A stretch of DNA of 64,000 nt, taken from NCBI GenBank assembly GCA_965221955.1, contig CBDCTA010000029.1, positions 480,001-544,000 of the forward strand, in the 5' to 3' direction. The DNA comes from Gammaproteobacteria bacterium. Lineage in GTDB: Bacteria; Pseudomonadota; Gammaproteobacteria; UBA4575. Positions 19,637 to 28,636 of the stretch are shown piece by piece. The notes beneath the pieces are model-generated. The model was not told where the DNA came from. It worked only from the letters and a program-made list of their open reading frames with translations, and did no database searches. The position numbers and the translations under genes are program-made. Every line of letters starts with the position of its first letter. Position 1 is the first letter of the stretch.

Positions 19637-20710
19637 CTAGTTTAGTGTATGTTGTTGTAATGCCCATGCAACATGTTCTCTGACTAATTCGCTTGCATGG
19701 TTTCGTTTTTCTTGTAATGCGCGAAGTATTTTCGGTGAGCTGGATGCATTGCCTAGTGCTACCGCAATATTCCTCAGCCAGCATTCGTAGCCAACTCGCC
19801 TTATGGCAGAGCCTTCAGTATTTTTTAGGAAATCCTCTTCGCTCCAATTAAATAAATCAATTAACTGCGGTGCATCTAAATTATTACGCACAGCAAAATC
19901 TGCCAGCTCACTTTTTTGTTCAAAGCGATTCCAGGGGCAATATAGTTGGCAGTCATCACAGCCATAGATGCGGTTACCCATCGCTTTTCTAAATTCAACA
20001 GGAATGGAGGTTTTTAATTCAATCGTGTGGTAAGAAATGCAACGTCGTGCATCAAGTTTATACGGTGCAATGATTGCCTGAGTTGGACAAACTTCTATGC
20101 AGGTTTGACAGGTTCCGCAATGATTTTCGACACGCGAATCTATAGGTAATGGTAAATCGGTATATAGCTCACCAAGAAAAAACCATGAACCACATTCTTT
20201 GTTAATTAAATTGGTGTGTTTGCCTATCCAACCGAGACCGGCTTTTTCTGCTAAGGCTTTCTCAAGCACGGGGGCGCTATCGGTAAATGCTCGATAACCA
20301 AATGGCCCTACTGTATTCGCTATTTTATCTGCAAGTTTTTGTAAGCGTTTGCGAATCACTTTGTGATAGTCGCGCCCTAATGCATAGCGAGAAATATAAG
20401 CTTGTTCATAATTAGCTAATACTTCTTCTTCGCTTACTGCGTCTGGAGTTTGATAGTTAATACGTGTGGAGATGATACGAATAGTTCCAGGCACGAGTTT
20501 TTCTGGACGTGTGCGCTTCGTACCATGCTCACCCATGTAATACATTTCTCCGTGATAACCTGCATCTAGCCAATTCATTAAATGCGTTTCATGATCATTT
20601 AATTCAGTATTGCTGATACCGATTTCATCAAAGCCTAATTCTTTTCCCCAGTCTTTTATATCTTGAGCAAGCTTTGAAAAATCTATAGTTGGGTTATTCA
20701 TTGCTAACAT
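19637..20710 (-). CDS. queG: Epoxyqueuosine reductase
   Basis: SRYALGRDYH, CGTCQTCIEVCPT, GCDDCQLYCPWN. Confidence 0.98.
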   Translation of the reverse strand: MLAMNNPTIDFSKLAQDIKDWGKELGFDEIGISNTELNDHETHLMNWLDAGYHGEMYYMGEHGTKRTRPEKLVPGTIRIISTRINYQTPDAVSEEEVLANYEQAYISRYALGRDYHKVIRKRLQKLADKIANTVGPFGYRAFTDSAPVLEKALAEKAGLGWIGKHTNLINKECGSWFFLGELYTDLPLPIDSRVENHCGTCQTCIEVCPTQAIIAPYKLDARRCISYHTIELKTSIPVEFRKAMGNRIYGCDDCQLYCPWNRFEQKSELADFAVRNNLDAPQLIDLFNWSEEDFLKNTEGSAIRRVGYECWLRNIAVALGNASSSPKILRALQEKRNHASELVREHVAWALQQHTLN

Positions 20711-20714
20711 ATAA

Positions 20715-20865
20715 TAAAGGAAACTTTGATTTATACTGTCATGTTAATTTTTATGGTCGTTAAATTGATTACTTAAAATGCTCATGTATAGTTAATACAC
20801 TCCGCTTTCTCGTAATCAATTTGCCTCATCTCAATCATTTCATTAGTAAATCAAAGCTTCCTTTA
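20715..20865. repeat. RPE/MITE-like palindromic element, copy 4
   Basis: TAAAGGAAACTTTGATTTA...TAAATCAAAGCTTCCTTTA terminal inverted repeat; internal AAATTGATTAC/GTAATCAATTT stem. Confidence 0.9.
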
Positions 20866-20869
20866 AGTT

Positions 20870-22345
20870 ATGAGTGAATTAGCGAATCAAATTTACTTAG
20901 CACATCAAGTACGCGAGCTTGATCGTATTGCCATAGAAGAATTTAACATACCCAGTTTTACTTTAATGCAACGTGCTGCAGAAGCAGCATTTAAAGAAAT
21001 ACAGCAATCATGGCCGAATGTTAGTCGTATTATCGTATTGGTGGGTACGGGCAACAATGGTGGAGATGGCTATGTGATTGCAAGTCTTGCTTTGACTGCA
21101 AATATTGCGACCCAAGTCATTCAGGTGGGTGATCATACGAAATTGCAAGGTGATGCGAAAAAAGCCCACGACTTATTTGTTGAGAAGGGTGGAAAATGTG
21201 AGGTTTTTGACGACCTTGCATATTCAGATTGTGATGTGATTGTAGATGCTTTATTGGGTACTGGTTTGACACGAATGGTTGAAGGCAATTATGCAAAAGC
21301 AATTGGTAGAGCCAATCAGCATTCAGCGCCAATATTAAGTGTTGATATTCCATCAGGCCTTAATGCCGACAATGGTCTTGCAATGGGTATTGCAGCGGTT
21401 GCTCAGGTGACAGTGACCTTTGTAGGTATGAAGCTTGGTTTATTAACTGCAGCGGGGCGTGAGTATTCAGGTAAAATCATTTTTAATCATTTGGAAATTT
21501 CAGAAAAAGTTTATCAATCCATGCCAGCTACTTGTCAATCGATTCAATTAAGTGATTTTCAAACCTTGCTTGGTGCACGTAAAGCAGATGCGCATAAAGG
21601 TGATTTTGGTCATGTGTTGATTATTGGTGGCAATGCAGGCATGGCAGGTTCCGTGATGTTAAGTGCTGAAGCTGCGGCTAGAACGGGTGCAGGTTTGGTT
21701 TCTGTTGCTACCATTCCGCAACATGCAACAGCTGCATTGTCTTCATGTAGAGAAATCATGGTGCATGGAATAGAAGGAGTTTCACAATTAAATACCTTAC
21801 TGCAACAATGTAGCGTCGTAGCAGTGGGCCCTGGGCTTGGGAAAGATGATTGGGCGAAAACTTTATTTGCTCGGGTGATGGAGTTTGAAATTCCCATGGT
21901 TGTGGATGCGGATGGGTTAAATCTTTTAGCTGGTGAGCCAATGCAAAAACCATCGTGGGTGATTACACCGCATCCTGGTGAAGCAGCACGCTTGTTAGAT
22001 TGCTCAACAAAACAAGTACAAGAAGATCGTTTGCAATCCGTGCAGGCATTACAAAAAAAATTTGGTGGAGTAAGTGTATTGAAAGGAAGTGGAACTTTAG
22101 TAGCATCTGAAACCGATGTTTCAATTTGCACTGCAGGTAATCCGGGAATGGCAAGTGGTGGTATGGGGGATGTACTAACCGGAATTATTGCTGGTTTGTT
22201 AGCACAAGGCTTGAATATCTATGATGCTGCTCGTTTTGGTGTGCAGTTGCATGCACAAAGTGCAGATCTTGCTGCGAAAGAGGGTATGCGTGGCATGATT
22301 GCCAGTGATTTATTTATACCACTGCGAAATTTAGTCAACGCTTAA
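20870..22345 (+). CDS. nnr: Bifunctional NAD(P)H-hydrate epimerase/dehydratase
   Basis: GNNGGDG, DALLGTG, HKGDFG, TPHPGEA, GGMGDVL. Confidence 0.97.
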   Translation: MSELANQIYLAHQVRELDRIAIEEFNIPSFTLMQRAAEAAFKEIQQSWPNVSRIIVLVGTGNNGGDGYVIASLALTANIATQVIQVGDHTKLQGDAKKAHDLFVEKGGKCEVFDDLAYSDCDVIVDALLGTGLTRMVEGNYAKAIGRANQHSAPILSVDIPSGLNADNGLAMGIAAVAQVTVTFVGMKLGLLTAAGREYSGKIIFNHLEISEKVYQSMPATCQSIQLSDFQTLLGARKADAHKGDFGHVLIIGGNAGMAGSVMLSAEAAARTGAGLVSVATIPQHATAALSSCREIMVHGIEGVSQLNTLLQQCSVVAVGPGLGKDDWAKTLFARVMEFEIPMVVDADGLNLLAGEPMQKPSWVITPHPGEAARLLDCSTKQVQEDRLQSVQALQKKFGGVSVLKGSGTLVASETDVSICTAGNPGMASGGMGDVLTGIIAGLLAQGLNIYDAARFGVQLHAQSADLAAKEGMRGMIASDLFIPLRNLVNA

Positions 22346-22354
22346 AGATTCCCT

Positions 22355-22801
22355 ATGACGACACTCGTAGGCGAATCTGCCACATTAGAGTTTTCTGCAA
22401 AATTTGCATCCTTATGTAAGCCACCATTAGTGATTTATTTGCAAGGTGATTTGGGTAGCGGCAAAACGACTTTTGCACGTGGATTGATCGGAGCCTTAGG
22501 GTATTGCGGCAATGTGAAGAGTCCAACATTCTCTCTAGTAGAAATCTATGATTTTGAAGGGATGCGCCTTTACCATTTCGACCTATATCGTTTAAAAGAT
22601 CCGCTTGAATTGGAGTACACCGGTATACGAGATTTGGTAGGAGAAGATGAAGTAGTGTGTCTAATCGAGTGGCCAGAGCGAGGTGGAGAAGAGTTACCGC
22701 CAGCAGATTTAGTCATAAAACTGGAATATCAAGGCGATGCTCGCAAAGTAGCTTGGCAGGCTGAATCAACAAAAGGTCAAGCGATTATCGATAAATTATG
22801 A
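22355..22801 (+). CDS. tsaE: t6A biosynthesis ATPase TsaE
   Basis: GDLGSGKTT, VKSPTF, HFDLYRL, IEWP. Confidence 0.98.
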   Translation: MTTLVGESATLEFSAKFASLCKPPLVIYLQGDLGSGKTTFARGLIGALGYCGNVKSPTFSLVEIYDFEGMRLYHFDLYRLKDPLELEYTGIRDLVGEDEVVCLIEWPERGGEELPPADLVIKLEYQGDARKVAWQAESTKGQAIIDKL

Positions 22802-22919
22802 GATCAGGCTCTAATAAATTGGCATAGGCCATTAGTTTTAATAGAGTTTTTGCTTGCAATTTCGTTTATATTTGTCACACTTTAAGTCCGGTTTCATGTT
22901 GTAAGGACTACAGCCCCAC

Positions 22920-24359
22920 GTGCAGCAGCATTTTCATACTGGTAATCCGTTAAAAATACAGGCATCAAGATTAGCTCAAATTCTAATCTATTCCATTTCT
23001 GTGTTAGTAGGTTCAGTGTTTTTCATGCTGAGCACTTCCAGTTTTGCTGCCAACAATATTGCTCAAATCAGTGATCTTCGAATTGCCGATCGCAAGACAG
23101 AAACACGAATAGTTTTCGATTTAAACGCACCTGTAAAGCACAGTATTTTTGTACTAAAAAATCCAGACCGTGTAGTGTTGGATATCGGGCAATGCGATGC
23201 GAATGGCAAGCTCAAAGTGGGTCGCGTGGGTGGCACACTGGTTAAAGATTTGCGTTATGCACAAAAGACGAATGAAAAATTACGCGTCGTATTTGATTTA
23301 AATTCACCGGTATCCCCAAAAAGCTTTTTGTTGCCACCACAAAGTGGCAAGGCCTATCGATTAGTCATCGATCTGACTGCGACAACTGCGCTTACAACGG
23401 CTCCAAGTGAAACAAAAAAGCCGCACGCTGAACCTGTAGTAGCTATGAAAGATGCACCTGTAAGCCGTCGTGATGTCGTCATCGCAATTGATGCAGGTCA
23501 TGGAGGTAAAGACCCGGGTGCAATTGGTCGTGGAGGCACGCGTGAAAAAGATATTGTGCTTTCTATTTCTAAAAGACTTAAAAATCTAATTGATAAAGAA
23601 CCTGGAATGAAAGCAGTGTTAATTCGAGATCGTGATACTTTTGTTCCGTTAAGAGGAAGAATTAAAAAAGCCAGCAAGTTAAATGCTGATATTTTTCTTT
23701 CTATTCATGCGGATGCTGCAGTAAATCGTCGTGCTAAGGGTTCTTCGGTATATGTGCTATCGCAACATGGTGCAACCAGTGAGGCCGCGCGTATCTTAGC
23801 GCAACGCGAAAATGCGTCAGATAAAATTGGTGGGGTTAGCCTAGAAGACAAAGATGATGTGTTGAAATCGGTATTGGTCGATTTATCACAAACCGCGACC
23901 ATTGATGCCAGTATCGACTTAGCAGAAGACATTCTTAACGAGCTCGCTAAAGTTGGAAATATATTACGAGACGAAGTAGAACAAGCGGGTTTTGCAGTGT
24001 TGAAATCGCCCGACATTCCATCTGTTTTAGTTGAGACTGCATTTATTTCAAACCCTGCAGAAGAAAAGCGTTTAAAAACAACAACGCATCAACAAAAACT
24101 TGCTACCGCAATTCTTAAGGGTTTACGTCGTTATGCAAAAGATCATGCTCCTGCAAATGCAATTTTGGCGAGTGCTCCGACTCCTACACCACTGACTAGA
24201 TACACCATAAAACGTGGCGATACCTTGTCTGGCATTGCGGTACGTTACAAAGTCAGCATTAGAGATTTACGCAAAGCGAATGGATTGCGTTCAGATGTAC
24301 TTAAAGTAGGGCAAGTATTAACCATTCCAACATCACCTATGGTTACTGCTGGCGCGTAA
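22920..24359 (+). CDS. amiB: N-acetylmuramoyl-L-alanine amidase (AMIN + Amidase_3 + LysM)
   Basis: IDAGHGGKDPGA, SIHADA, LVETAFISN, C-terminal LysM; exact start uncertain. Confidence 0.93.
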   Translation: MQQHFHTGNPLKIQASRLAQILIYSISVLVGSVFFMLSTSSFAANNIAQISDLRIADRKTETRIVFDLNAPVKHSIFVLKNPDRVVLDIGQCDANGKLKVGRVGGTLVKDLRYAQKTNEKLRVVFDLNSPVSPKSFLLPPQSGKAYRLVIDLTATTALTTAPSETKKPHAEPVVAMKDAPVSRRDVVIAIDAGHGGKDPGAIGRGGTREKDIVLSISKRLKNLIDKEPGMKAVLIRDRDTFVPLRGRIKKASKLNADIFLSIHADAAVNRRAKGSSVYVLSQHGATSEAARILAQRENASDKIGGVSLEDKDDVLKSVLVDLSQTATIDASIDLAEDILNELAKVGNILRDEVEQAGFAVLKSPDIPSVLVETAFISNPAEEKRLKTTTHQQKLATAILKGLRRYAKDHAPANAILASAPTPTPLTRYTIKRGDTLSGIAVRYKVSIRDLRKANGLRSDVLKVGQVLTIPTSPMVTAGA

Positions 24360-24387
24360 TTTAAAAAGTTTGATTTGAAGGGAGAGC

Positions 24388-24498
24388 TGCGCACGGATGC
24401 GCAATTATATTGTGAGTCTAGGGGTATGCGAATATGATTCGCAGAGAGGGCGACCTACAGAGATGTTGGAAGTGCTAGAAAGCAGGATGCAGTTTCTA
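24388..24498 (+). other. Cluster of short hairpins, some with GGA loops
   Basis: TGCGCA-CGGA-TGCGCA; TGCGAAT-ATG-ATTCGCA; CTAGAAA-GC-AGGAT-GC-AG-TTTCTAG. Confidence 0.5.
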
Positions 24499-24570
24499 GT
24501 GAGACGCAACTGATTAAAGTCCAGTGATTTTAATTAAGCGCAGGTTGGGGAGCTCAAAGCATATTTTCAA

Positions 24571-24600
24571 AAAGTCAGCTTTCGGTCAATAGCAGACATT
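24571..24600 (+). repeat. 30-bp palindromic cassette-boundary repeat R1
   Basis: AAAGTCAGCT-TTCGGTCAAT-AGCAGACATT. Confidence 0.8.
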
Positions 24601-24614
24601 CAATGTATCACTTA

Positions 24615-25181
24615 CTAGCAACATTGATCCTTATTTAAGCTGTTTTTTTGCTTATACTCGATCACCTTTCCAAAACGATCCTTTTCAATTTCACAACAAG
24701 CTAGAAGTTCTTCTTTTAATTTAATGCGTCCTCGCTGTATACGTGACTTCATTCCTGAAACCGAAATACCTATTCGCTCTGCGGCATCAGCTTGCTTAAT
24801 TTCATTGAAGTCTGCTAATAGCAGAGCTTCCTTGTATTTCGGTTCCAGCTTGTTTGTAAGTGGTCTCAAACATTTGGCAAATTCACTATCTACGTTGTCA
24901 GGCATACTTTCATAATCAGCTATTGTAGTTTCAAGGTCATTAACATCATTTGATGCATTTATATTCGAGTGTTTTCGGTAATAGTCTGTAATTCTATTTT
25001 TGGCAACGATGTAAATCCATGCAAGTGGATTTTCAGCATCAGTTAACGCGCCCTCATTTTGTAGTACGCTTAAGAGAATGTCGTGTACTAAATCCTCAGA
25101 TACATCGACATCCACTTTGGTACGAATATACTTGGTTAATAAGGATCGCAACTCATCCCAAGTTGTATTTAATTCGGACAT
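24615..25181 (-). CDS. ECF sigma factor, SigZ-like
   Basis: EDLVHDILL, AWIYIVAKNRITDYYRK, SGMKSRIQRGR, LLACC. Confidence 0.9.
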   Translation of the reverse strand: MSELNTTWDELRSLLTKYIRTKVDVDVSEDLVHDILLSVLQNEGALTDAENPLAWIYIVAKNRITDYYRKHSNINASNDVNDLETTIADYESMPDNVDSEFAKCLRPLTNKLEPKYKEALLLADFNEIKQADAAERIGISVSGMKSRIQRGRIKLKEELLACCEIEKDRFGKVIEYKQKNSLNKDQCC

Positions 25182-25586
25182 TTATGCACAACACGCACTT
25201 GATTTTGAGGCATTGGCTTCATCGGGATTATCGTTGGTTATGGTGTACCACTCCCAATTTAGTCCTTGCGGCTCGGTTGACCACACTTTGTCTTGTGTCG
25301 CAAAGCAGCATGTTGTTTGATCTTCAATTTTGTTTGCGATGTCATCACGTTCGAGTCGCTTTATTACCTCACCCAAATCATCATTTTGATCTACTTCCAC
25401 TCCAAGATGATTGATTCTGTCATTCGCATTGGGATCTTCAATCAGAACCAGCTTCAATGGTGGATTATCAATCACAAAGTTTGCGTATCCCTTTCTTCGT
25501 TTATGTGGCTTAGTATCGAAGAGTTTTGTGTAATAGCTTACAGCTTCGTCAATATTCCTTACGTTTAAGGCTAATTGTAGTCTCAT
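25182..25586 (-). CDS. ArsI/CadI-family VOC metalloenzyme
   Basis: GYANF...PPLKLVLIE, NHLGVEV, TTCCFATQDKVW, WEWY, C-terminal ACC. Confidence 0.9.
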   Translation of the reverse strand: MRLQLALNVRNIDEAVSYYTKLFDTKPHKRRKGYANFVIDNPPLKLVLIEDPNANDRINHLGVEVDQNDDLGEVIKRLERDDIANKIEDQTTCCFATQDKVWSTEPQGLNWEWYTITNDNPDEANASKSSACCA

Positions 25587-25626
25587 AGTACTTGCTCCAA
25601 ATTCATTAATTGAGTTAGTAGTAAAA

Positions 25627-25652
25627 GACGTTTCAAAAAGGAAAAGGACGCA
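25627..25652 (-). promoter_or_regulatory. Candidate ECF promoter TGCGTC-N16-CGTC
   Basis: Minus strand TGCGTCCTTTTCCTTTTTGAAACGTCTTT about 40 nt before the VOC gene; CGTC is a common ECF -10. Confidence 0.5.
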
Positions 25653-25670
25653 AAAATTAGTTAACTGGGG

Positions 25671-25700
25671 AATGCCCGCTTTGGGTCGTTAGCGGACATT
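25671..25700 (+). repeat. 30-bp palindromic cassette-boundary repeat R2
   Basis: AATGCCCGCT-TTGGGTCGTT-AGCGGACATT. Confidence 0.9.
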
Positions 25701-25743
25701 TTAAGATTGTAAATTACTGATTCCAACACATTGCGTCCCATAA

Positions 25744-25774
25744 TTTGTCTGCATTCGGCTCAGAAGTGTCCATT
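25744..25774 (+). repeat. Degenerate cassette-boundary repeat R3
   Basis: TTTGTCTGCA-TTCGGCTCAGA-AGTGTCCATT. Confidence 0.6.
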
Positions 25775-25842
25775 TGCTCGTATCTTGATTGAGTGCTTGT
25801 TAGCGACTGTATAACTTATTCAATAATACAATGAGCAATTTC

Positions 25843-26034
25843 TTAGCGTTCGATTCGAACCTCATCCATCTTGGACATCCTTCTTTTAAGTTCTTTCTCA
25901 AGGATATTTCTTGCATACGGTTTCATTCTCTTCCATTTCTCACATTCCTGTTCAGTTCGACCGCAACCCAGGCACCAGCCTTTGGGTCCTTTGAACTGAC
26001 ACACATCGATACAAGGACTTTTTTGCCGTTTCAC
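25843..26034 (-). CDS. DUF1289-family small Cys-rich protein
   Basis: SPCIDVC...CLGCGRT..E...W. Confidence 0.85.
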   Translation of the reverse strand: MKRQKSPCIDVCQFKGPKGWCLGCGRTEQECEKWKRMKPYARNILEKELKRRMSKMDEVRIER

Positions 26035-26080
26035 TGTTTATTGCACCATTTAAACGCTTGTGCTTTTTTATCAACTCAAG

Positions 26081-26521
26081 CTAGGTTTGCACTAGACTCA
26101 GTGCTTGTTCTATACCTTTTTCCAGCTGTCGAAGTCTGTTGAACTCTTCGAGTAGCCGTTGTTCCAAATTCTTAAAATTGAGAGGGAGCGTTCTTTTACA
26201 AATGCTGTATCCTTCACCGATCTGATAACCCTTCCAATTTTTTATACGATCGCTTTCTAGGGCTAGAAATTCTTGAATGAATTCCTGCTGTGAAGGGCAA
26301 TCTTCTTCTGCATGCATACAGATTGGGAAGGCTTTTTGTTTAATTTCTCTGGCTTCTATGAAAGTTTCAAAATGTATTCCTCCTTGATTATGATTGTGCC
26401 AGTTATATTTGTAGAGTTGCAGATAAACACCGCGGTTGTAAATTTCCCAACCACTATCAAACCAACTTGATTGATTAATTTTTCTTTCAAGGTTTCGAAA
26501 AACTTTTTTTATATCTTTCAT
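26081..26521 (-). CDS. Hypothetical protein
   Basis: Open ORF with YLQLYKYNWHNHNQGGIHFETFI; ATG at 26521 preferred over TTG at 26557. Confidence 0.75.
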   Translation of the reverse strand: MKDIKKVFRNLERKINQSSWFDSGWEIYNRGVYLQLYKYNWHNHNQGGIHFETFIEAREIKQKAFPICMHAEEDCPSQQEFIQEFLALESDRIKNWKGYQIGEGYSICKRTLPLNFKNLEQRLLEEFNRLRQLEKGIEQALSLVQT

Positions 26522-26629
26522 GTTTAGGATATTTCTTAATTTAAAGTCGGTAGACAAAAGCTAATAGTTACGAAACTTTGATGAAATATGGAAAAGTGCA
26601 AATACGAATCTTATTATCATAAATTAATT

Positions 26630-26659
26630 AATGTCTGCTTTGGGTCGTTAGCGGCCATT
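26630..26659 (+). repeat. 30-bp palindromic cassette-boundary repeat R4
   Basis: AATGTCTGCT-TTGGGTCGTT-AGCGGCCATT; overlaps the sohB stop codon by one base. Confidence 0.9.
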
Positions 26660-27684
26660 CAATTAAACAATTTCGAGTCTTGTTCTTTTTGCCACCAAGA
26701 AAAAAATAATTTATCTATGGTCATCTGCATGGAGGTTGCAAAACGTTCGCTGATGGTTTTAGGCACTTCATATTTAATTTCATAAATGTCTGCCTCGTTG
26801 CTCGCGTTTAATAAGTAATCGTCACTGGTAATCAGTTCATCTACGAGTTTGAGCTCAAGTCCGCGTGTGGCAAGCCAATGTTCACCTGTAGCGACTTTAT
26901 CGATTTCAAGAATAGGACGATTCTCTTTTACAAACTCTTTGAATAAGTCGTGAGTGTCTTCTAATTGCTCGTTAAAATGCGCACGATCTTCATCGGTGTT
27001 TTTACCAAACATGGTGACTGTGCGCTTGAGCTCACCTGCCTTCATCAATTCAAAGTCCACACCATGCTTATCTAGAAAGCGATTGAAGTTTGGTAATTGT
27101 GCTAGTACGCCAATGGAGCCAACGATGGCAAAAGGAGCAGCAATAATTTTGTCGGCTACGCATGCCATCATATAGCCACCGCTTGCGGCTACCTTGTCGA
27201 CTGCAACAGTGAGTGGAATACCTTTTTGTTTTATGCGTAAAAGTTGCGAAGAAGCGAAACCATGTTCATGTACTAATCCGCCAGCATTTTCTAAACAAAC
27301 CACCACCTCATCTGAGCTATCCGCTACTGATAAAATTGCTGTGATCTCTTTTCTGAGATGGCGTACAGCAGAAGCTTTTATGTTGCCTAAGAAATTAAGT
27401 ACAAAAATACGTTTTTTATCTGTATCAGGATGTTTCTTTTCTTTTTTACGTTCTTTCTTATTTTCTTTTTTTACCTTTTTTAAATCTTTTTTAGATAACA
27501 AAGCAAAACGTAGTCGATCAGACATATTCTTATACTTTTTATTTAGATGAGTGATCTCAAAATGATCATGGCTACGTGCTTTTTTCGAAAAGGAAAATGC
27601 CAGCATCATAAGTACCCAAATAAAAATCAGGGCGGTGATTGCCTTGGCAAAAAATAATCCGTATTCGGTTAAAAATTCGATCAT
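26659..27684 (-). CDS. sohB: S49 protease SohB
   Basis: EFLTEYGLFFAK, VDKVAASGGYMMAC, GSIGV, VATGEHW. Confidence 0.96.
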   Translation of the reverse strand: MIEFLTEYGLFFAKAITALIFIWVLMMLAFSFSKKARSHDHFEITHLNKKYKNMSDRLRFALLSKKDLKKVKKENKKERKKEKKHPDTDKKRIFVLNFLGNIKASAVRHLRKEITAILSVADSSDEVVVCLENAGGLVHEHGFASSQLLRIKQKGIPLTVAVDKVAASGGYMMACVADKIIAAPFAIVGSIGVLAQLPNFNRFLDKHGVDFELMKAGELKRTVTMFGKNTDEDRAHFNEQLEDTHDLFKEFVKENRPILEIDKVATGEHWLATRGLELKLVDELITSDDYLLNASNEADIYEIKYEVPKTISERFATSMQMTIDKLFFSWWQKEQDSKLFN

Positions 27685-27708
27685 GGGCTGATTTCCTAGT
27701 TTATTTTG

Positions 27709-28545
27709 TTATTCCTGATATAGGCATTCGTAGCTGCTGAAGAATTGTCCATGTGCATTCTCTGAGGAATCATCGTAGAACAACGACTTCAATTGTAATC
27801 GGGGTGTGTTTAGAATAGATCCGTCAATAATGGTTCTGAAGATTTCGCTGCCTAACAATTGATGTGAAGTACTTAAGTAAATTTTGCTGAGTTGTTGATC
27901 TTCAACCATGGTATGCAGCATTTTAGGTCCAGCGATTAAATAAAAATGTTTATAGTTTTTACGAATAAGTGCATCTATTAAAGGTTTGCCTTCTACCAAA
28001 CTAGATTCTCCCGTGATGAGCACTTCAAATCCTTCTTCTTGCCACTGCTTAATTTTATTTTCATCGGCGTTTTGTCCAGTAGCAATATAAACTTGTTGAG
28101 TATTTTCTTTCAGTGATGGATGCATGGGAAAATCGAGGCTAGCGCTTGCAATAACCAAGGCTGGATGTGGCGACAATCCTTGTAGCGTTCGCCAGTTATA
28201 TAAATCTTCACAGTCTCTTTCATCAGGTAGTTGTAGGATATTACCTAGTTTTTTTTCAGCTAAAGCGCGCATATAACCACCGTGGGTGATTAAACAATCT
28301 GCTTGCGCGTGGAGTTCTAAAAATAATCGAAAATCTTCATCACTCGTAAGTGATTTGGGGAGTTCAGCAGCTTGGATGTTGCTTGAGCTTATGGCGATGC
28401 GCCCATCAAGACTGCTTAGAAAATTAGCAACTACAGTAGCTTGTTCTGAGTTGGATGAATACCAGCCATGTTTGTATAGATATAGATTTTTTAATTCAAT
28501 TGTTTCAGAGGACTGAGGATAAAGTTGTAAAAGCTTCTTAGCCAT
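27709..28545 (-). CDS. RibD C-terminal / dihydrofolate reductase-like protein
   Basis: ANFLSSLDGRIA and reductase-like length. Confidence 0.75.
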   Translation of the reverse strand: MAKKLLQLYPQSSETIELKNLYLYKHGWYSSNSEQATVVANFLSSLDGRIAISSSNIQAAELPKSLTSDEDFRLFLELHAQADCLITHGGYMRALAEKKLGNILQLPDERDCEDLYNWRTLQGLSPHPALVIASASLDFPMHPSLKENTQQVYIATGQNADENKIKQWQEEGFEVLITGESSLVEGKPLIDALIRKNYKHFYLIAGPKMLHTMVEDQQLSKIYLSTSHQLLGSEIFRTIIDGSILNTPRLQLKSLFYDDSSENAHGQFFSSYECLYQE

Positions 28546-28636
28546 AACAGCTGGATTAAAAATTCTGGGTTATAGGATTGTTATGATTATCATTGGATAA
28601 TTTTGCATTATCCTAGCACGACCTTTGTATAAATTT

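Noticed and set aside
24535-24568. Possible fifth, highly decayed boundary repeat (AAGCGCAGGTTGGGGAGCTCAAAGCATATTTT)
   Set aside because: Too few matches and poor arm pairing to support by eye
24571-26659. 30-bp repeats as a CRISPR array or integron attC sites
   Set aside because: Spacing is 43-1070 bp and contains whole genes; no cas or intI gene; the repeats are shorter than attC sites and lack paired RYYYAAC/GTTRRRY ends
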